DNA of 32,000 bases from positions 60,180 through 92,179 of the forward strand of contig CAZLXI010000001.1 of assembly GCA_964563435.1 (NCBI GenBank), written 5' to 3'. Origin of the DNA: an uncultured Lacihabitans sp. (GTDB taxonomy: Bacteria; Bacteroidota; Bacteroidia; Cytophagales; Spirosomataceae). Made by a program: the position numbers and the translations under genes. The notes under the pieces are model-generated. The model did not search any database. It saw nothing but the letters and a program-made list of their open reading frames with translations, and was not told the DNA's origin. Of this stretch, positions 8,488 to 16,998 are shown piece by piece; the stretch's first letter is position 1, and the number at the start of each line of letters is the position of its first letter.

Positions 8488-8518
8488 TTGGATGCCAAAG
8501 ACAAATGTCTTAAATTTG
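8488..8518 (+). promoter_or_regulatory. Candidate promoter (-33 TTG / -7 TAaaTTTG) with an embedded palindromic operator for the RES-Xre operon
   Basis: TTG at 8488-8490 and TAAATTTG at 8511-8518, with 20 nt between them. The palindrome AGACAaaTGTCT at 8499-8510 lies between the two boxes. The ATG is at 8541. Confidence 0.4.
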
Positions 8519-8540
8519 GGGACAAAAATCCTGATATACA

Positions 8541-9023
8541 ATGGTAACTGAATATAAAGTGGATAGCCGGCTGGATAAAGAAATATCCATGGTACTTGAA
8601 AGCGCAGAGGTATATAACCGGTCAGGAACTACATTTGGAGACTTTCTCGAAGACAGGGTCCTGATGATGCTGGTGATCCGTAAAGGGGTACCCTACTCTT
8701 TTTTTGAAAAAATACAGCTTTTTACCCCGTTCAGTGAAAATGAATGGGCTGAACTTCTGGATCTCTCCACCAAATCCCTGCAGCGTTACAAACAGGCCGG
8801 TAAAGTGTTCCGCCCTCTCCAGTCTGAAAAAATCATTGAAATGGCAGAAGTTACCAAAGCAGGCCTGGAAGTGTTTAATGACATAGAAAAATTTAAGCTT
8901 TGGCTGGAAACACCTAATTATGCCTTAAGAGGTAACAAGCCTGTGGAACTGTTAAAAGACTCCTACGGTAAAGAGCTTGTATTAAGTGAGCTAACCCGCA
9001 TAAACTACGGGATTTTTGTATAA
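8541..9023 (+). CDS. Type II antitoxin, Xre/MbcA/ParS-like (DUF2384 toxin-binding domain)
   Basis: 160-aa ORF. The C-terminal segment (KFKLWLETPNYALRGNKPVELLKDSYGKELVLSELTRINYGI) matches the DUF2384 signature. Its TAA stop directly abuts the ATG of the RES gene. Confidence 0.8.
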   Translation: MVTEYKVDSRLDKEISMVLESAEVYNRSGTTFGDFLEDRVLMMLVIRKGVPYSFFEKIQLFTPFSENEWAELLDLSTKSLQRYKQAGKVFRPLQSEKIIEMAEVTKAGLEVFNDIEKFKLWLETPNYALRGNKPVELLKDSYGKELVLSELTRINYGIFV

Positions 9024-9482
9024 ATGGAGGTATATCGTCTTTCACGGGCAATGTATTCTGACAACTTATCGGGCAAAGGAGCAGCCGTTAAAGGTGCCCG
9101 GTGGAACTCAATGGGCGTGGAAATGATTTATACCGCCGGAAACCGCTCGCTGGCCATGGCCGAGGTGGCCGTTCACTTATCATTAGCTACGCTGCCCCCT
9201 GATTTTCTGATGCTAACGATCTACATTCCGGATGATATTGCTTTAAAAAAGGTGGCTGCAAGTTACCTGCCTGCCGGGTGGAATTCGTTTCCTCATTCCA
9301 GGGAAACTCAAAGAGAAGGCGACGAATTTATCTCCGAAAATGCCTTTTGCATACTACAGGTGCCTTCTGCCGTAACACAGGGCGATTTTAACATATTGAT
9401 CAATCCTTATCATCCGGACTTTGCCCGGGTCAGGATCATTGACAAAGTTTCCTTCCCTTTTGATAAAAGAATATTCAGATAA
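9024..9482 (+). CDS. RES-domain toxin (RES family NAD+ phosphorylase/ADP-ribosyltransferase-type)
   Basis: 152-aa ORF. RES-domain layout (GKGAAVKGARWNSMGVEMIYTAGNRSLAMAEVAVHL...QVPSAV) and classical antitoxin-then-toxin order with zero intergenic distance. Confidence 0.85.
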   Translation: MEVYRLSRAMYSDNLSGKGAAVKGARWNSMGVEMIYTAGNRSLAMAEVAVHLSLATLPPDFLMLTIYIPDDIALKKVAASYLPAGWNSFPHSRETQREGDEFISENAFCILQVPSAVTQGDFNILINPYHPDFARVRIIDKVSFPFDKRIFR

Positions 9483-9489
9483 ACAGGGT

Positions 9490-10008
9490 TCAAAGACTTT
9501 TATCAATACAGTAGATAAATGATGCGGTGGGTCTGGATTCCAGCAAACGGCCGTTCAGTTCTGAAATACATCTTCCGCCCAACTTTTCCACGGCTTTTTG
9601 AGACCGGAAATTGTGCTTGTCGACAAAGAAAAGGATTTTATCATATTGGGTGAAAGCATAATCCATCATGAGCTTTTTTATCGCCTGATTGTATTTACTG
9701 CCCCATAACTCCCTTGCGATAAACGTCCATCCTATTTCAATAGCCGCCGGGTTTTCTTTCACTTCATTGTACCGTGAAGTTCCCACAGGTTTCCCGGTTT
9801 TCCTGTCCGTGATAAACAGCGCCTTATCCGAAGCCATCGCTTCTTCAAACCATTTTTGAAAGCCTTCCAGGGTACTTCTTTCTTTGGCAGGATGCTGCTC
9901 CCACAACAGGGGGTCTGAAGAAATGCTGAAAAGGGCATCAAAGTCATCCGGGCGAAGCGGACGCATGAACACCATTTCATCTTCCAGCACAGGTTTAAAA
10001 TCTAACAT
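9490..10008 (-). CDS. GNAT family N-acetyltransferase
   Basis: 172-aa ORF with a RimJ/RimL-like layout (MRPLRPDDFDALF...IGWTFIARELWGSKYN...NFRSQKAVEKLG). Convergent with the RES gene, with only 7 nt between the stop codons. Confidence 0.8.
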   Translation of the reverse strand: MLDFKPVLEDEMVFMRPLRPDDFDALFSISSDPLLWEQHPAKERSTLEGFQKWFEEAMASDKALFITDRKTGKPVGTSRYNEVKENPAAIEIGWTFIARELWGSKYNQAIKKLMMDYAFTQYDKILFFVDKHNFRSQKAVEKLGGRCISELNGRLLESRPTASFIYCIDKSL

Positions 10009-10039
10009 ACACTATTTTTTGGAATATTGAATTCATTAT

Positions 10040-10765
10040 TTACACCTTATAATAGATTTCTTCAAAAGGAACCCGGATCTGCACATCCCGTACTCCCTCC
10101 GGCTTCCGGATACCGCAGGGGATCACCATATTGATCTCCGCACCGGCCGGAAGCCTCAGGATTTTTTTCATCAGCCGGCTGTCGAACCCTTCGAGCGGAC
10201 AGGTGTCGTATCCTTCCGCCGTCATCGCCAACATGAAGGTTTGGGCGGCAAGTGCACAGGATTTATGCACTACCGTCTTCATTTCACACTCCGTCACCTG
10301 ACGGGTGATGGGCCGGAAAAAACCCACGGTTATCGCTATAAATTTACGGATCAATCCCAACATACCGAAGAACCGGGTATAGATGAAGGGCATTAAAAAG
10401 CCGTAATATTGCTTCCGGTTCTTTATACGGGCCGCCTTTCTTGCTTCGGGAGTGAATTTTTCAATGGCTTCCAGCTCGTACGCCAGCATCGCTCGGCTTC
10501 TTTCGCGGTAAAGATCCTGACGGGTCACAAAAACTACGATCTCACGGGCGGTTTCAGTGGATGTCTGGTTCAGACATGCATTGGAAATGGCCCGGAGCGT
10601 ATCGGGAGAGATCACATGGTAAAACTCCCATAGCTGCATATTGCTGCTATTGGGAGCCAGTGAGGCCAGTTCCAGGCAGTGCTTCACCCGCCGGGTATCT
10701 ATGGCTTTTTCCCGATCATAAATGCGAACGGAACGGCGGTGTCGGACGATTTCTTCAAAGGTCAT
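10040..10765 (-). CDS. Nitroreductase family protein
   Basis: Has RRSVRIY, APNSSNMQLWEF and GYDTCPLEGF. The listed ORF begins at a TTG (10789). I prefer the ATG at 10765 (MTFEEIVRHRRSVR). Confidence 0.8.
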   Translation of the reverse strand: MTFEEIVRHRRSVRIYDREKAIDTRRVKHCLELASLAPNSSNMQLWEFYHVISPDTLRAISNACLNQTSTETAREIVVFVTRQDLYRERSRAMLAYELEAIEKFTPEARKAARIKNRKQYYGFLMPFIYTRFFGMLGLIRKFIAITVGFFRPITRQVTECEMKTVVHKSCALAAQTFMLAMTAEGYDTCPLEGFDSRLMKKILRLPAGAEINMVIPCGIRKPEGVRDVQIRVPFEEIYYKV

Positions 10766-10864
10766 TCTGAAAAGATTCTCTGTCTGCAAAAATACACGCC
10801 TAAGTCCCGTGCCAATGCATACGAAAGGATTAAAACTTTGGCAGAGAGATAAATTAATTCTCTG

Positions 10865-11635
10865 TTATTTCGAAACCCTCAATTCTGCAAACAGCGGTAA
10901 GTGGTCCGACGACAGAGACTGTACGGTACGGACATCTTTTACTTTCCAGCTACGGTTTTTCGATAAGAAAATATAGTCGATTCTTCCTCTGGGCTTGTCT
11001 GCATCAAAGGTGAACTGTACGTTGTTACCCAGAACAGCGGCATCATAAAAATGTTCGGTTATGCGCTTGTACTCTTCACTTTCGGGCCGGAAATTAAAAT
11101 CGCCACCTATCAACATAGGCAGGTCGGTTTTCTGATAGTATTCTATGATGGCCTCTACCTGGGCCAGTCGGTTTGTTTTATGCTGGTGGCAAAGATGGGT
11201 TCCGGCAAGGATAATATCCCCCTTTTCTTTGACAGCGATCATGGCCCGGCCCTCACCGCCCTGCGGAAAAGGAAGCGCCACCCGGATAATATCACTTGGT
11301 TTTCGCACCAGAATCCCTTCTCCGTAACCGCCGTCACTGTAATCGATGGCCTTGGCAAAGTATCCCGAACGACCGCTTAATGTTCCCAGTTCAGCGGCAA
11401 CATCCACTTTCCGGTCCTGGTTAAACCCTTTGGTGCGGTTGGTCATGCTGTCTACTTCCTGCAGGAAAACCACATCGGGATCCAGGCTTTTAATCACCTC
11501 AGCAACATCGGCGAGATTACTATTCCCCTTGTTATAGGGATTTTCACCGTGAAATATATTGTATGTTAATACTTTATATGAACTTCCGCAGGAACACAGG
11601 CCCAGGATTACGAAAAACAGGAAAAGGTATCTCAT
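10865..11635 (-). CDS. Endonuclease/exonuclease/phosphatase (EEP) family lipoprotein
   Basis: 256-aa ORF with a lipoprotein signal (LFFVILGLCSC). EEP motifs: LTYNIFHG, VVFLQEVD, GGDFN, SDHLP. Confidence 0.8.
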   Translation of the reverse strand: MRYLFLFFVILGLCSCGSSYKVLTYNIFHGENPYNKGNSNLADVAEVIKSLDPDVVFLQEVDSMTNRTKGFNQDRKVDVAAELGTLSGRSGYFAKAIDYSDGGYGEGILVRKPSDIIRVALPFPQGGEGRAMIAVKEKGDIILAGTHLCHQHKTNRLAQVEAIIEYYQKTDLPMLIGGDFNFRPESEEYKRITEHFYDAAVLGNNVQFTFDADKPRGRIDYIFLSKNRSWKVKDVRTVQSLSSDHLPLFAELRVSK

Positions 11636-11759
11636 ATGTATTGGATTAAAGACTAGTGATAACTCATTAAAAATACGAACATTTTCTGACAGCCGAATAA
11701 ATCAGCGGTATTTTTTGATACGGCTTCTTTCTTTATTTTTACAGGATAAAATCCTGTTT

Positions 11760-12674
11760 ATGCTGTTAAAAGGAAATATCAAGATCGGTCAGGTCATATC
11801 CGGTACATGGAAGAACATGCTTTTCTCCATACTTACCTGTGCATTTGCCTATTCTCTCAACGAACTATGGTTGAGTAAGTACTTCGAGTTCCCCTCTTTT
11901 GTTCCGGCACTGATCGGTACGGCTCTGGCCTTCTTTATCGGGTTTAATAATAACCAGGCCTATTCCCGGTGGTGGGAAGCCCGGATAATCTGGGGTTCGC
12001 TGGTAAACAATTCCCGTACCTGGGCCCGGCAGATCCTGTATTATACAAAGGCTTCGGAGATCCTGTCCGAAGAACAACTTAAGGAAGTTCAGGAAGTGCT
12101 TATCAAAAGGCACCTGGCCTTTCTTTATGCACTGAAAACCCACCTGAGAAATACCAGTAACAGCTATTATCGACAATACTTATCGCCGGAAGATCTTGAA
12201 CATATATCGGAGCAAACCAACATACATAATGCTATTCTGGCGCTACAGTCCAGGGATTTACAGAAACTCTATACCCAAAATGCGATAGACGGGTTCTCCT
12301 TCGTAGAGCTAAACAGGACAATCACTACTTTTTGTGACGACATGGGAAAATCTGAACGGATCAGGAATACCGTCTTCCCCACTACCTATACATACTATTC
12401 CAAAAACTTTATCTGGTTATTTATTTACGCCGTAACTATGGCTATTGGTAGCGCCATAGGGGTTTGGGCCATTGTTTTCGGAGCCATTACGGGATATGTT
12501 TTCTTTACCATCCAATCCCTGGGACAAACCCTCGTCAATCCGTTCGAGAAGATGCCCTCTGCCATCCCCCTGGATCAGATCAGCAGGACCATCGAGATCA
12601 ACCTGCTTCAGATGCTGGGCGAAACGAACGTACCGGACCCGGTGGAAAGTGTAAATGGGGAATATGTATTGTAA
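11760..12674 (+). CDS. Bestrophin-like (UPF0187/YneE family) ion channel
   Basis: Trimmed to the ATG at 11760 (MLLKGNIKIG...), which gives 304 aa. TM helices and the NNNQAYSRWWEARIIWG motif are typical of bacterial bestrophins. The longer ORF from 11559 overlaps the EEP gene. Confidence 0.75.
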   Translation: MLLKGNIKIGQVISGTWKNMLFSILTCAFAYSLNELWLSKYFEFPSFVPALIGTALAFFIGFNNNQAYSRWWEARIIWGSLVNNSRTWARQILYYTKASEILSEEQLKEVQEVLIKRHLAFLYALKTHLRNTSNSYYRQYLSPEDLEHISEQTNIHNAILALQSRDLQKLYTQNAIDGFSFVELNRTITTFCDDMGKSERIRNTVFPTTYTYYSKNFIWLFIYAVTMAIGSAIGVWAIVFGAITGYVFFTIQSLGQTLVNPFEKMPSAIPLDQISRTIEINLLQMLGETNVPDPVESVNGEYVL

Positions 12675-12721
12675 AATATATACAATTCTCACAGTTTATT
12701 ACTACATGCGCATCCCTTGCA

Positions 12722-12753
12722 CAAAAAAGGCGCCCCCCGAAGGAAGCACCTTT
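12722..12753 (-). terminator. Rho-independent terminator of sucC
   Basis: The minus-strand RNA reads GGUGCUUCC-UUCG-GGGGGCGCC, a 9-bp stem (6 Watson-Crick + 3 G-U) with a UUCG tetraloop, followed by U6. On the plus strand the G-U pairs become C-A mismatches, so the structure is strand-specific. Confidence 0.6.
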
Positions 12754-12777
12754 AAAATAAGAGTTGAATAGTATGAC

Positions 12778-13989
12778 TTAAGCCAGTACCTTCTGTACCA
12801 GCTCGGCGGCGTCTTTCAGTTTTACCGCGGAATATACTTTCAGGCCGGAGTCATTGATGATCTTCGCGCCTTCTTCGGCATTGGTGCCCTGAAGTCTTAC
12901 TACGATAGGCACCGGGATCTCCCCGATAGTCTTGTAAGCCTCCACGATACCATTGGCCACCCGGTCACATCTCACGATCCCACCGAAGATGTTCACGAAA
13001 ATGGCTTTTACATTCGGATCTTTCAGGATCAGACGGAAGCCTGCCTCTACGGTAACAGCGTTAGCGCCACCACCCACATCCAGGAAGTTAGCCGGCTCCC
13101 CGCCGTAAAGTTTGATAATGTCCATTGTGGCCATGGCCAAGCCCGCCCCGTTCACCATACAGCCTACGTTTCCGTCCAGCTTCACATAGTTCAGGTCACT
13201 TTCTGACGCTTCCACTTCCATCGGGTCTTCCTCCGATTTATCTCTCAATGCGGCCAGGTCCGGGTGACGGAACAGCGCATTGTCGTCGAGGTTAACTTTG
13301 GCGTCTACGGCCAGTATTTTATCGTCCGAGGTTTTTAGCACCGGGTTGATCTCAAACATGGAAGAATCCGTCTCATCGTATGCTTTGTAAAGTGCGGTCA
13401 GGAATTTTACCATTTCTTTGTTGGCATTTCCGGTCAGGCCCAACTTGTAAGCTACGTTTCTGGCCTGAAAGCCCTGGAAGCCCACACGAGGGTCAATCCA
13501 CTCCTTGATGATCTTTTCGGGAGTATGGGCAGCTACTTCCTCAATGTCCATACCACCTTCGGTAGAAGCCATGATCACGTTGCAGGCTTTCGTTCTGTCG
13601 AGCAGGATAGAAACATACAGTTCCTTAGGCTCTGAATCACCGGGATAGTATACATCTTCGGCTACCAGTACCTTGTTTACTACTTTTCCTTCTTCTCCCG
13701 TCTGAATAGTCACAAGCGTGTTTCCTAAAAGGTTGGTGGCTATAGTCCTCACATCGTCTGCCGACTTGGCCAACTGAACCCCTCTCTGCTCACCGCCTTT
13801 AACCTTACCTTTTCCTCTGCCTCCGGCATGGATCTGGGATTTCACTACGGCAAATTTTGAATTGGTCAGTTCCGATATCTCCCGGTAAGCTTTTTCAGCT
13901 TCTTCTACCGTTGACGCCACTACACCCCGTTGAACTCTTACCCCGTATTTGGATAAAATTTCTTTACCCTGATACTCATGAATATTCAT
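12778..13989 (-). CDS. sucC: Succinate--CoA ligase (ADP-forming) beta subunit
   Basis: 403-aa ORF. Canonical [13 protein letters not shown]-terminus, ATP-grasp region and C-terminal CoA-ligase domain ([15 protein letters not shown]). Confidence 0.95.
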   Translation of the reverse strand: MNIHEYQGKEILSKYGVRVQRGVVASTVEEAEKAYREISELTNSKFAVVKSQIHAGGRGKGKVKGGEQRGVQLAKSADDVRTIATNLLGNTLVTIQTGEEGKVVNKVLVAEDVYYPGDSEPKELYVSILLDRTKACNVIMASTEGGMDIEEVAAHTPEKIIKEWIDPRVGFQGFQARNVAYKLGLTGNANKEMVKFLTALYKAYDETDSSMFEINPVLKTSDDKILAVDAKVNLDDNALFRHPDLAALRDKSEEDPMEVEASESDLNYVKLDGNVGCMVNGAGLAMATMDIIKLYGGEPANFLDVGGGANAVTVEAGFRLILKDPNVKAIFVNIFGGIVRCDRVANGIVEAYKTIGEIPVPIVVRLQGTNAEEGAKIINDSGLKVYSAVKLKDAAELVQKVLA

Positions 13990-14111
13990 AAATAGCTAAT
14001 TAAAAATTGAACTTTTCTAATTTTTTGCCAAATTAGCAAAATATTAACCGTCAGAAAACAAATTCGGAAAAAATTACGATTAATTTTAAAAAAAATATTA
14101 CATAAAAACGG

Positions 14112-14762
14112 ATGCTTGAAGGAAGAAATATCCATAAAAAATATGGAAATCTGGAAGTTTTAAAGGGAATTTCGATCCATATAAATCCTGCGGAGATCGT
14201 TAGTATAGTAGGAAGCTCAGGAGCCGGAAAAAGCACCTTACTCCATATACTGGGCACGCTGGACAAGGCCGATTCCGGAGAAGTTTTTTTGGATAAAACA
14301 GAGTTAACCCGCATGGGTCCGAAAGCACTTTCCGTTTTACGCAATGAGAAAACAGGATTTGTTTTTCAGTTTCATAACCTGATGGCTGAGCTGACCGCAG
14401 AGGAGAATATCTGCCTGCCGGCGTGGATCGGGAAACGGGATCCGCAGGAAACCCGTAAGCGTGCCGGAGAGTTGATGAACATTCTGAATATTTCTCACAG
14501 GGCCGGTCATTTGCCTTCGGAGATGTCGGGCGGAGAACAGCAACGGGTGGCGGTAGCCCGGGCGCTGATCAACAACCCTCGTTATGTTTTTGCTGATGAA
14601 CCCAGCGGTAACCTGGATACGCGGAACGCGGAGGAACTGCACGAGCTTTTCTTTACCCTCCGCGACAGCTACGAATGCTCGTTTGTGATCGTGACGCATA
14701 ACCTGGCGCTGGCGGAAAGGTCGGACAGGATCGTTGAGTTGAAAGACGGACGAATTATCTAA
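14112..14762 (+). CDS. ABC transporter ATP-binding protein (LolD/FtsE-like)
   Basis: Walker A (GSSGAGKST), ABC signature (MSGGEQQR), Walker B (VFADEP) and H-loop (VTHN). 216 aa. Confidence 0.9.
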   Translation: MLEGRNIHKKYGNLEVLKGISIHINPAEIVSIVGSSGAGKSTLLHILGTLDKADSGEVFLDKTELTRMGPKALSVLRNEKTGFVFQFHNLMAELTAEENICLPAWIGKRDPQETRKRAGELMNILNISHRAGHLPSEMSGGEQQRVAVARALINNPRYVFADEPSGNLDTRNAEELHELFFTLRDSYECSFVIVTHNLALAERSDRIVELKDGRII

Positions 14763-14779
14763 TTGTAAATGATTAATGA

Positions 14780-14842
14780 TTAATGGTTAATGATGGATTG
14801 TAAACGTCTATTGACCACTAACAATTAATCATTAACCATTAA
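14780..14842. terminator. AT-rich hairpin between the convergent ABC ATPase and histidine kinase genes (overlaps the HK stop codon)
   Basis: 14780-14794 (ttaatggttaatgat) pairs with 14828-14842 (atcattaaccattaa), a 15-bp stem. attgt (14797-14801) also pairs with acaat (14821-14825). The left side is a tandem GATTAAT/GGTTAAT run. There is no trailing T-tract in either direction. Confidence 0.4.
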
Positions 14843-16215
14843 GAAATGTGCGGCAGCACCACCACAAAGTTACTACCAACGTCTACTTCGCTCCGCACCA
14901 GGATCTTGCCTTTGTGGATATCGGTGATGCGCTTGCAGATGGACAGGCCGATGCCGTGACCTTTATAGTTGGCCGCCGAGGACGTGCGGTAAAACGGTTC
15001 AAAGACCCGCTCCTGGTCTTCTTTTGAAATCCCGTGACCCGTGTCTGCAATATTGACGATCAGGTTGATCTTATTGAATTTGATCTTCACTTCGGCCGTA
15101 TGATTATCCGAATATTTACAGGCGTTTTCAAAGAGGTTGGTGAAAAGGGTTTTCAGCAGGGGCCGGTTGCCCATCACGGTCAGCGGCTCATCTTCTTCCA
15201 CGATCTCCTCAAAATCGATGAATATGTTATAGTCCTGATGCTGCCCCAGCAGTTCTTCCTGCACCTCAAAAAGCACCTCATCTACCCTTACGGGCTTGTG
15301 CATCAGGTTAGATTCGCCCTGCTCCGACTTGGCCAGTTGAAGCAGGCCGTTGATCAGTTGGGTCATCCGCTGGTTATCCTGATCGAGCGATCGCAGGATC
15401 TCCTTGTATTCTTCCGGATCCCGGTCTTTTTCCAGCGCTACCTGGATCTCCGACTTAATGGCCGCCAGCGGGGTCCGGAGCTCATGCGACGCATTGCTCA
15501 CAAAGCTCTTCTGCATTTCAAAGGCCTGCTCAATTCGTGACAACATCTGGTTGAAATTTGTAGCCAGCTGAGCGATCTCGTCCTTGTTATTCCCTGTACT
15601 GATCTTCTTCTTAAAATCCTGCCCGGAAATATTAGAAACCTCCTGATTGATCCGGGAAATAGGCTTCAGTGATTCTCCTGCAAAAGCAAAGCTCAGGGTG
15701 ACCGTCAGGATTATGGCAATAAGCAACCCCCAGGTCATGGCATTCTGGATATTCTCCAGCTTGGCTTCGCCGTAGGTATCAGTGGCCTGGGCAAGGATGA
15801 GGTAGATCTTATTATTGGTCTCATTGGGAATCACCAGCCCTACCACTTTTTTTTCCCTGTATTCGCCCACGTATTCGCCCTTTTCGCGGATGCGTTCCAA
15901 AAGGTCGGGGCTGTACTTGATGGTTTCCGCATCGGTGTTGGAATAAGCGATCTCATTTTTTTCATTAAAAACTAATACTTCTGCGGCATAGAGGGTGGAA
16001 AGCGTGTTTTTATCCACGATCTTCAGGAGGCGTTTGTCAACGTTCGCCTCTTTGATCAGCAACTTGGCCGTGGTTTCGGCCCGGTCTTTCAGGTAATTGG
16101 TAAATTCGACCTTGGTATAGTTCCGGATCAGAAAATAGAGCGCCACTGAAAAGAGCACCAGGATCAATGCCACGATCAGGCTGAACTGAAAAGCTATTTT
16201 GGTCCTGATTTTCAC
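14839..16215 (-). CDS. Sensor histidine kinase (2 TM + HAMP + HisKA + HATPase_c)
   Basis: H-box (SHELRTPL), N box (NLFENACKYS) and G boxes (ADTGHGI, GHGIGLSI). Two hydrophobic segments flank a domain of about 130 aa. The start codon is GTG (16213-16215). Confidence 0.9.
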   Translation of the reverse strand: MKIRTKIAFQFSLIVALILVLFSVALYFLIRNYTKVEFTNYLKDRAETTAKLLIKEANVDKRLLKIVDKNTLSTLYAAEVLVFNEKNEIAYSNTDAETIKYSPDLLERIREKGEYVGEYREKKVVGLVIPNETNNKIYLILAQATDTYGEAKLENIQNAMTWGLLIAIILTVTLSFAFAGESLKPISRINQEVSNISGQDFKKKISTGNNKDEIAQLATNFNQMLSRIEQAFEMQKSFVSNASHELRTPLAAIKSEIQVALEKDRDPEEYKEILRSLDQDNQRMTQLINGLLQLAKSEQGESNLMHKPVRVDEVLFEVQEELLGQHQDYNIFIDFEEIVEEDEPLTVMGNRPLLKTLFTNLFENACKYSDNHTAEVKIKFNKINLIVNIADTGHGISKEDQERVFEPFYRTSSAANYKGHGIGLSICKRITDIHKGKILVRSEVDVGSNFVVVLPHIS

Positions 16216-16239
16216 TGGAGCATCTTTAAATTTTATCCT

Positions 16240-16932
16240 TTATTCTTCCGTAAGAATGTATCCCATACCTGTTTTGGTGTGGATCAGCTTAGGTGTAAAG
16301 TCTTTATCGATCTTCTTTCTCAGAAAATTGATGTACACCTCCACCACATTGAGGCTCTGCTGGTTATTAGGTTCCCAGAGCGCTCCGGAGATTTCCGCTT
16401 TGGAGATCACTTTTCCCTTATTTTTGATCAGGTATTCCAGAAGAGAAAATTCTTTGGGTGTCAGGTCGATCTTCTGTCCGTCGCGCATAACGGTCTTGGC
16501 CTCCAGGTCCATTTCCAGGTTGGCGATCCGCAGTACATTTTCATGCGCCTCCCCGTGAACCGCATTTCTTTTAATAAAAACATTGATCCTGGCCAGCAGT
16601 TCCCTGAAGTCGAAAGGCTTAACCAGGTAATCATCTGCGCCCCTGTCGAAACCCTCAATCTTATCTTCAGTCTCCCCCAATGCAGTAAGCATAATGATGG
16701 GGATGGTGGGCTTGCGTTTTCTCACTTCGGAGCACACTTCGTAGCCGTTCAGTTCCGGCAAGTTGAGGTCGAGTAGGATAAGGTCAAAGGCATTGGATAA
16801 GGCCAGCCTTACCCCTATTTTTCCGTCGTAGGCCACCTCCGTCTCAAACCCTTTTTCCATCAGCCCCTTACTGATGTTCTGGGCGATCCGAAGATCATCT
16901 TCTATTATTAAAATCTTTTTCGTCTCACTCAT
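16240..16932 (-). CDS. OmpR/PhoB-family response regulator
   Basis: Receiver domain (ILIIEDD, LILLDLNLP, LTALG...K) plus a winged-helix output domain (LTPKEFSLLEYL...GMGYIL). Its stop is 24 nt upstream of the HK gene. Confidence 0.9.
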   Translation of the reverse strand: MSETKKILIIEDDLRIAQNISKGLMEKGFETEVAYDGKIGVRLALSNAFDLILLDLNLPELNGYEVCSEVRKRKPTIPIIMLTALGETEDKIEGFDRGADDYLVKPFDFRELLARINVFIKRNAVHGEAHENVLRIANLEMDLEAKTVMRDGQKIDLTPKEFSLLEYLIKNKGKVISKAEISGALWEPNNQQSLNVVEVYINFLRKKIDKDFTPKLIHTKTGMGYILTEE

Positions 16933-16998
16933 CTTTTCCTGACGGACAATCCCTACCGGGGTAACCCGCTTTTTTTCCTAAAAATACTAAAAAATTAC

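Noticed and set aside
10766-10789. TTG-initiated 8-codon extension of the nitroreductase ORF.
   Set aside because: An in-frame ATG at 10765 gives the family-typical N-terminus, and nothing supports the TTG start.
10842-10864. 6-bp stem hairpin (cagaga...tctctg) immediately after the EEP gene stop codon, a possible terminator.
   Set aside because: The stem is short and AT-poor, the loop is 11 nt, and no proper U-tract follows on the minus strand. The support is too weak to list it as a feature.
11559-11759. N-terminal 67-codon extension of the bestrophin-like ORF.
   Set aside because: It overlaps the start of the divergent EEP gene and the intergenic promoter region. The family-typical protein starts at the ATG at 11760.
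14024-14040. TTTGC-N7-GCAAA palindrome in the sucC / ABC-ATPase divergent spacer.
   Set aside because: The half-sites are only 5 bp each and lie in AT-rich DNA, which is not distinguishable from chance.
16950-16975. Small cggg/cccg hairpin followed by T7 on the plus strand, between the symporter and RR genes.
   Set aside because: It is oriented for plus-strand termination, but both flanking genes are on the minus strand, and the stem is only 4 bp.
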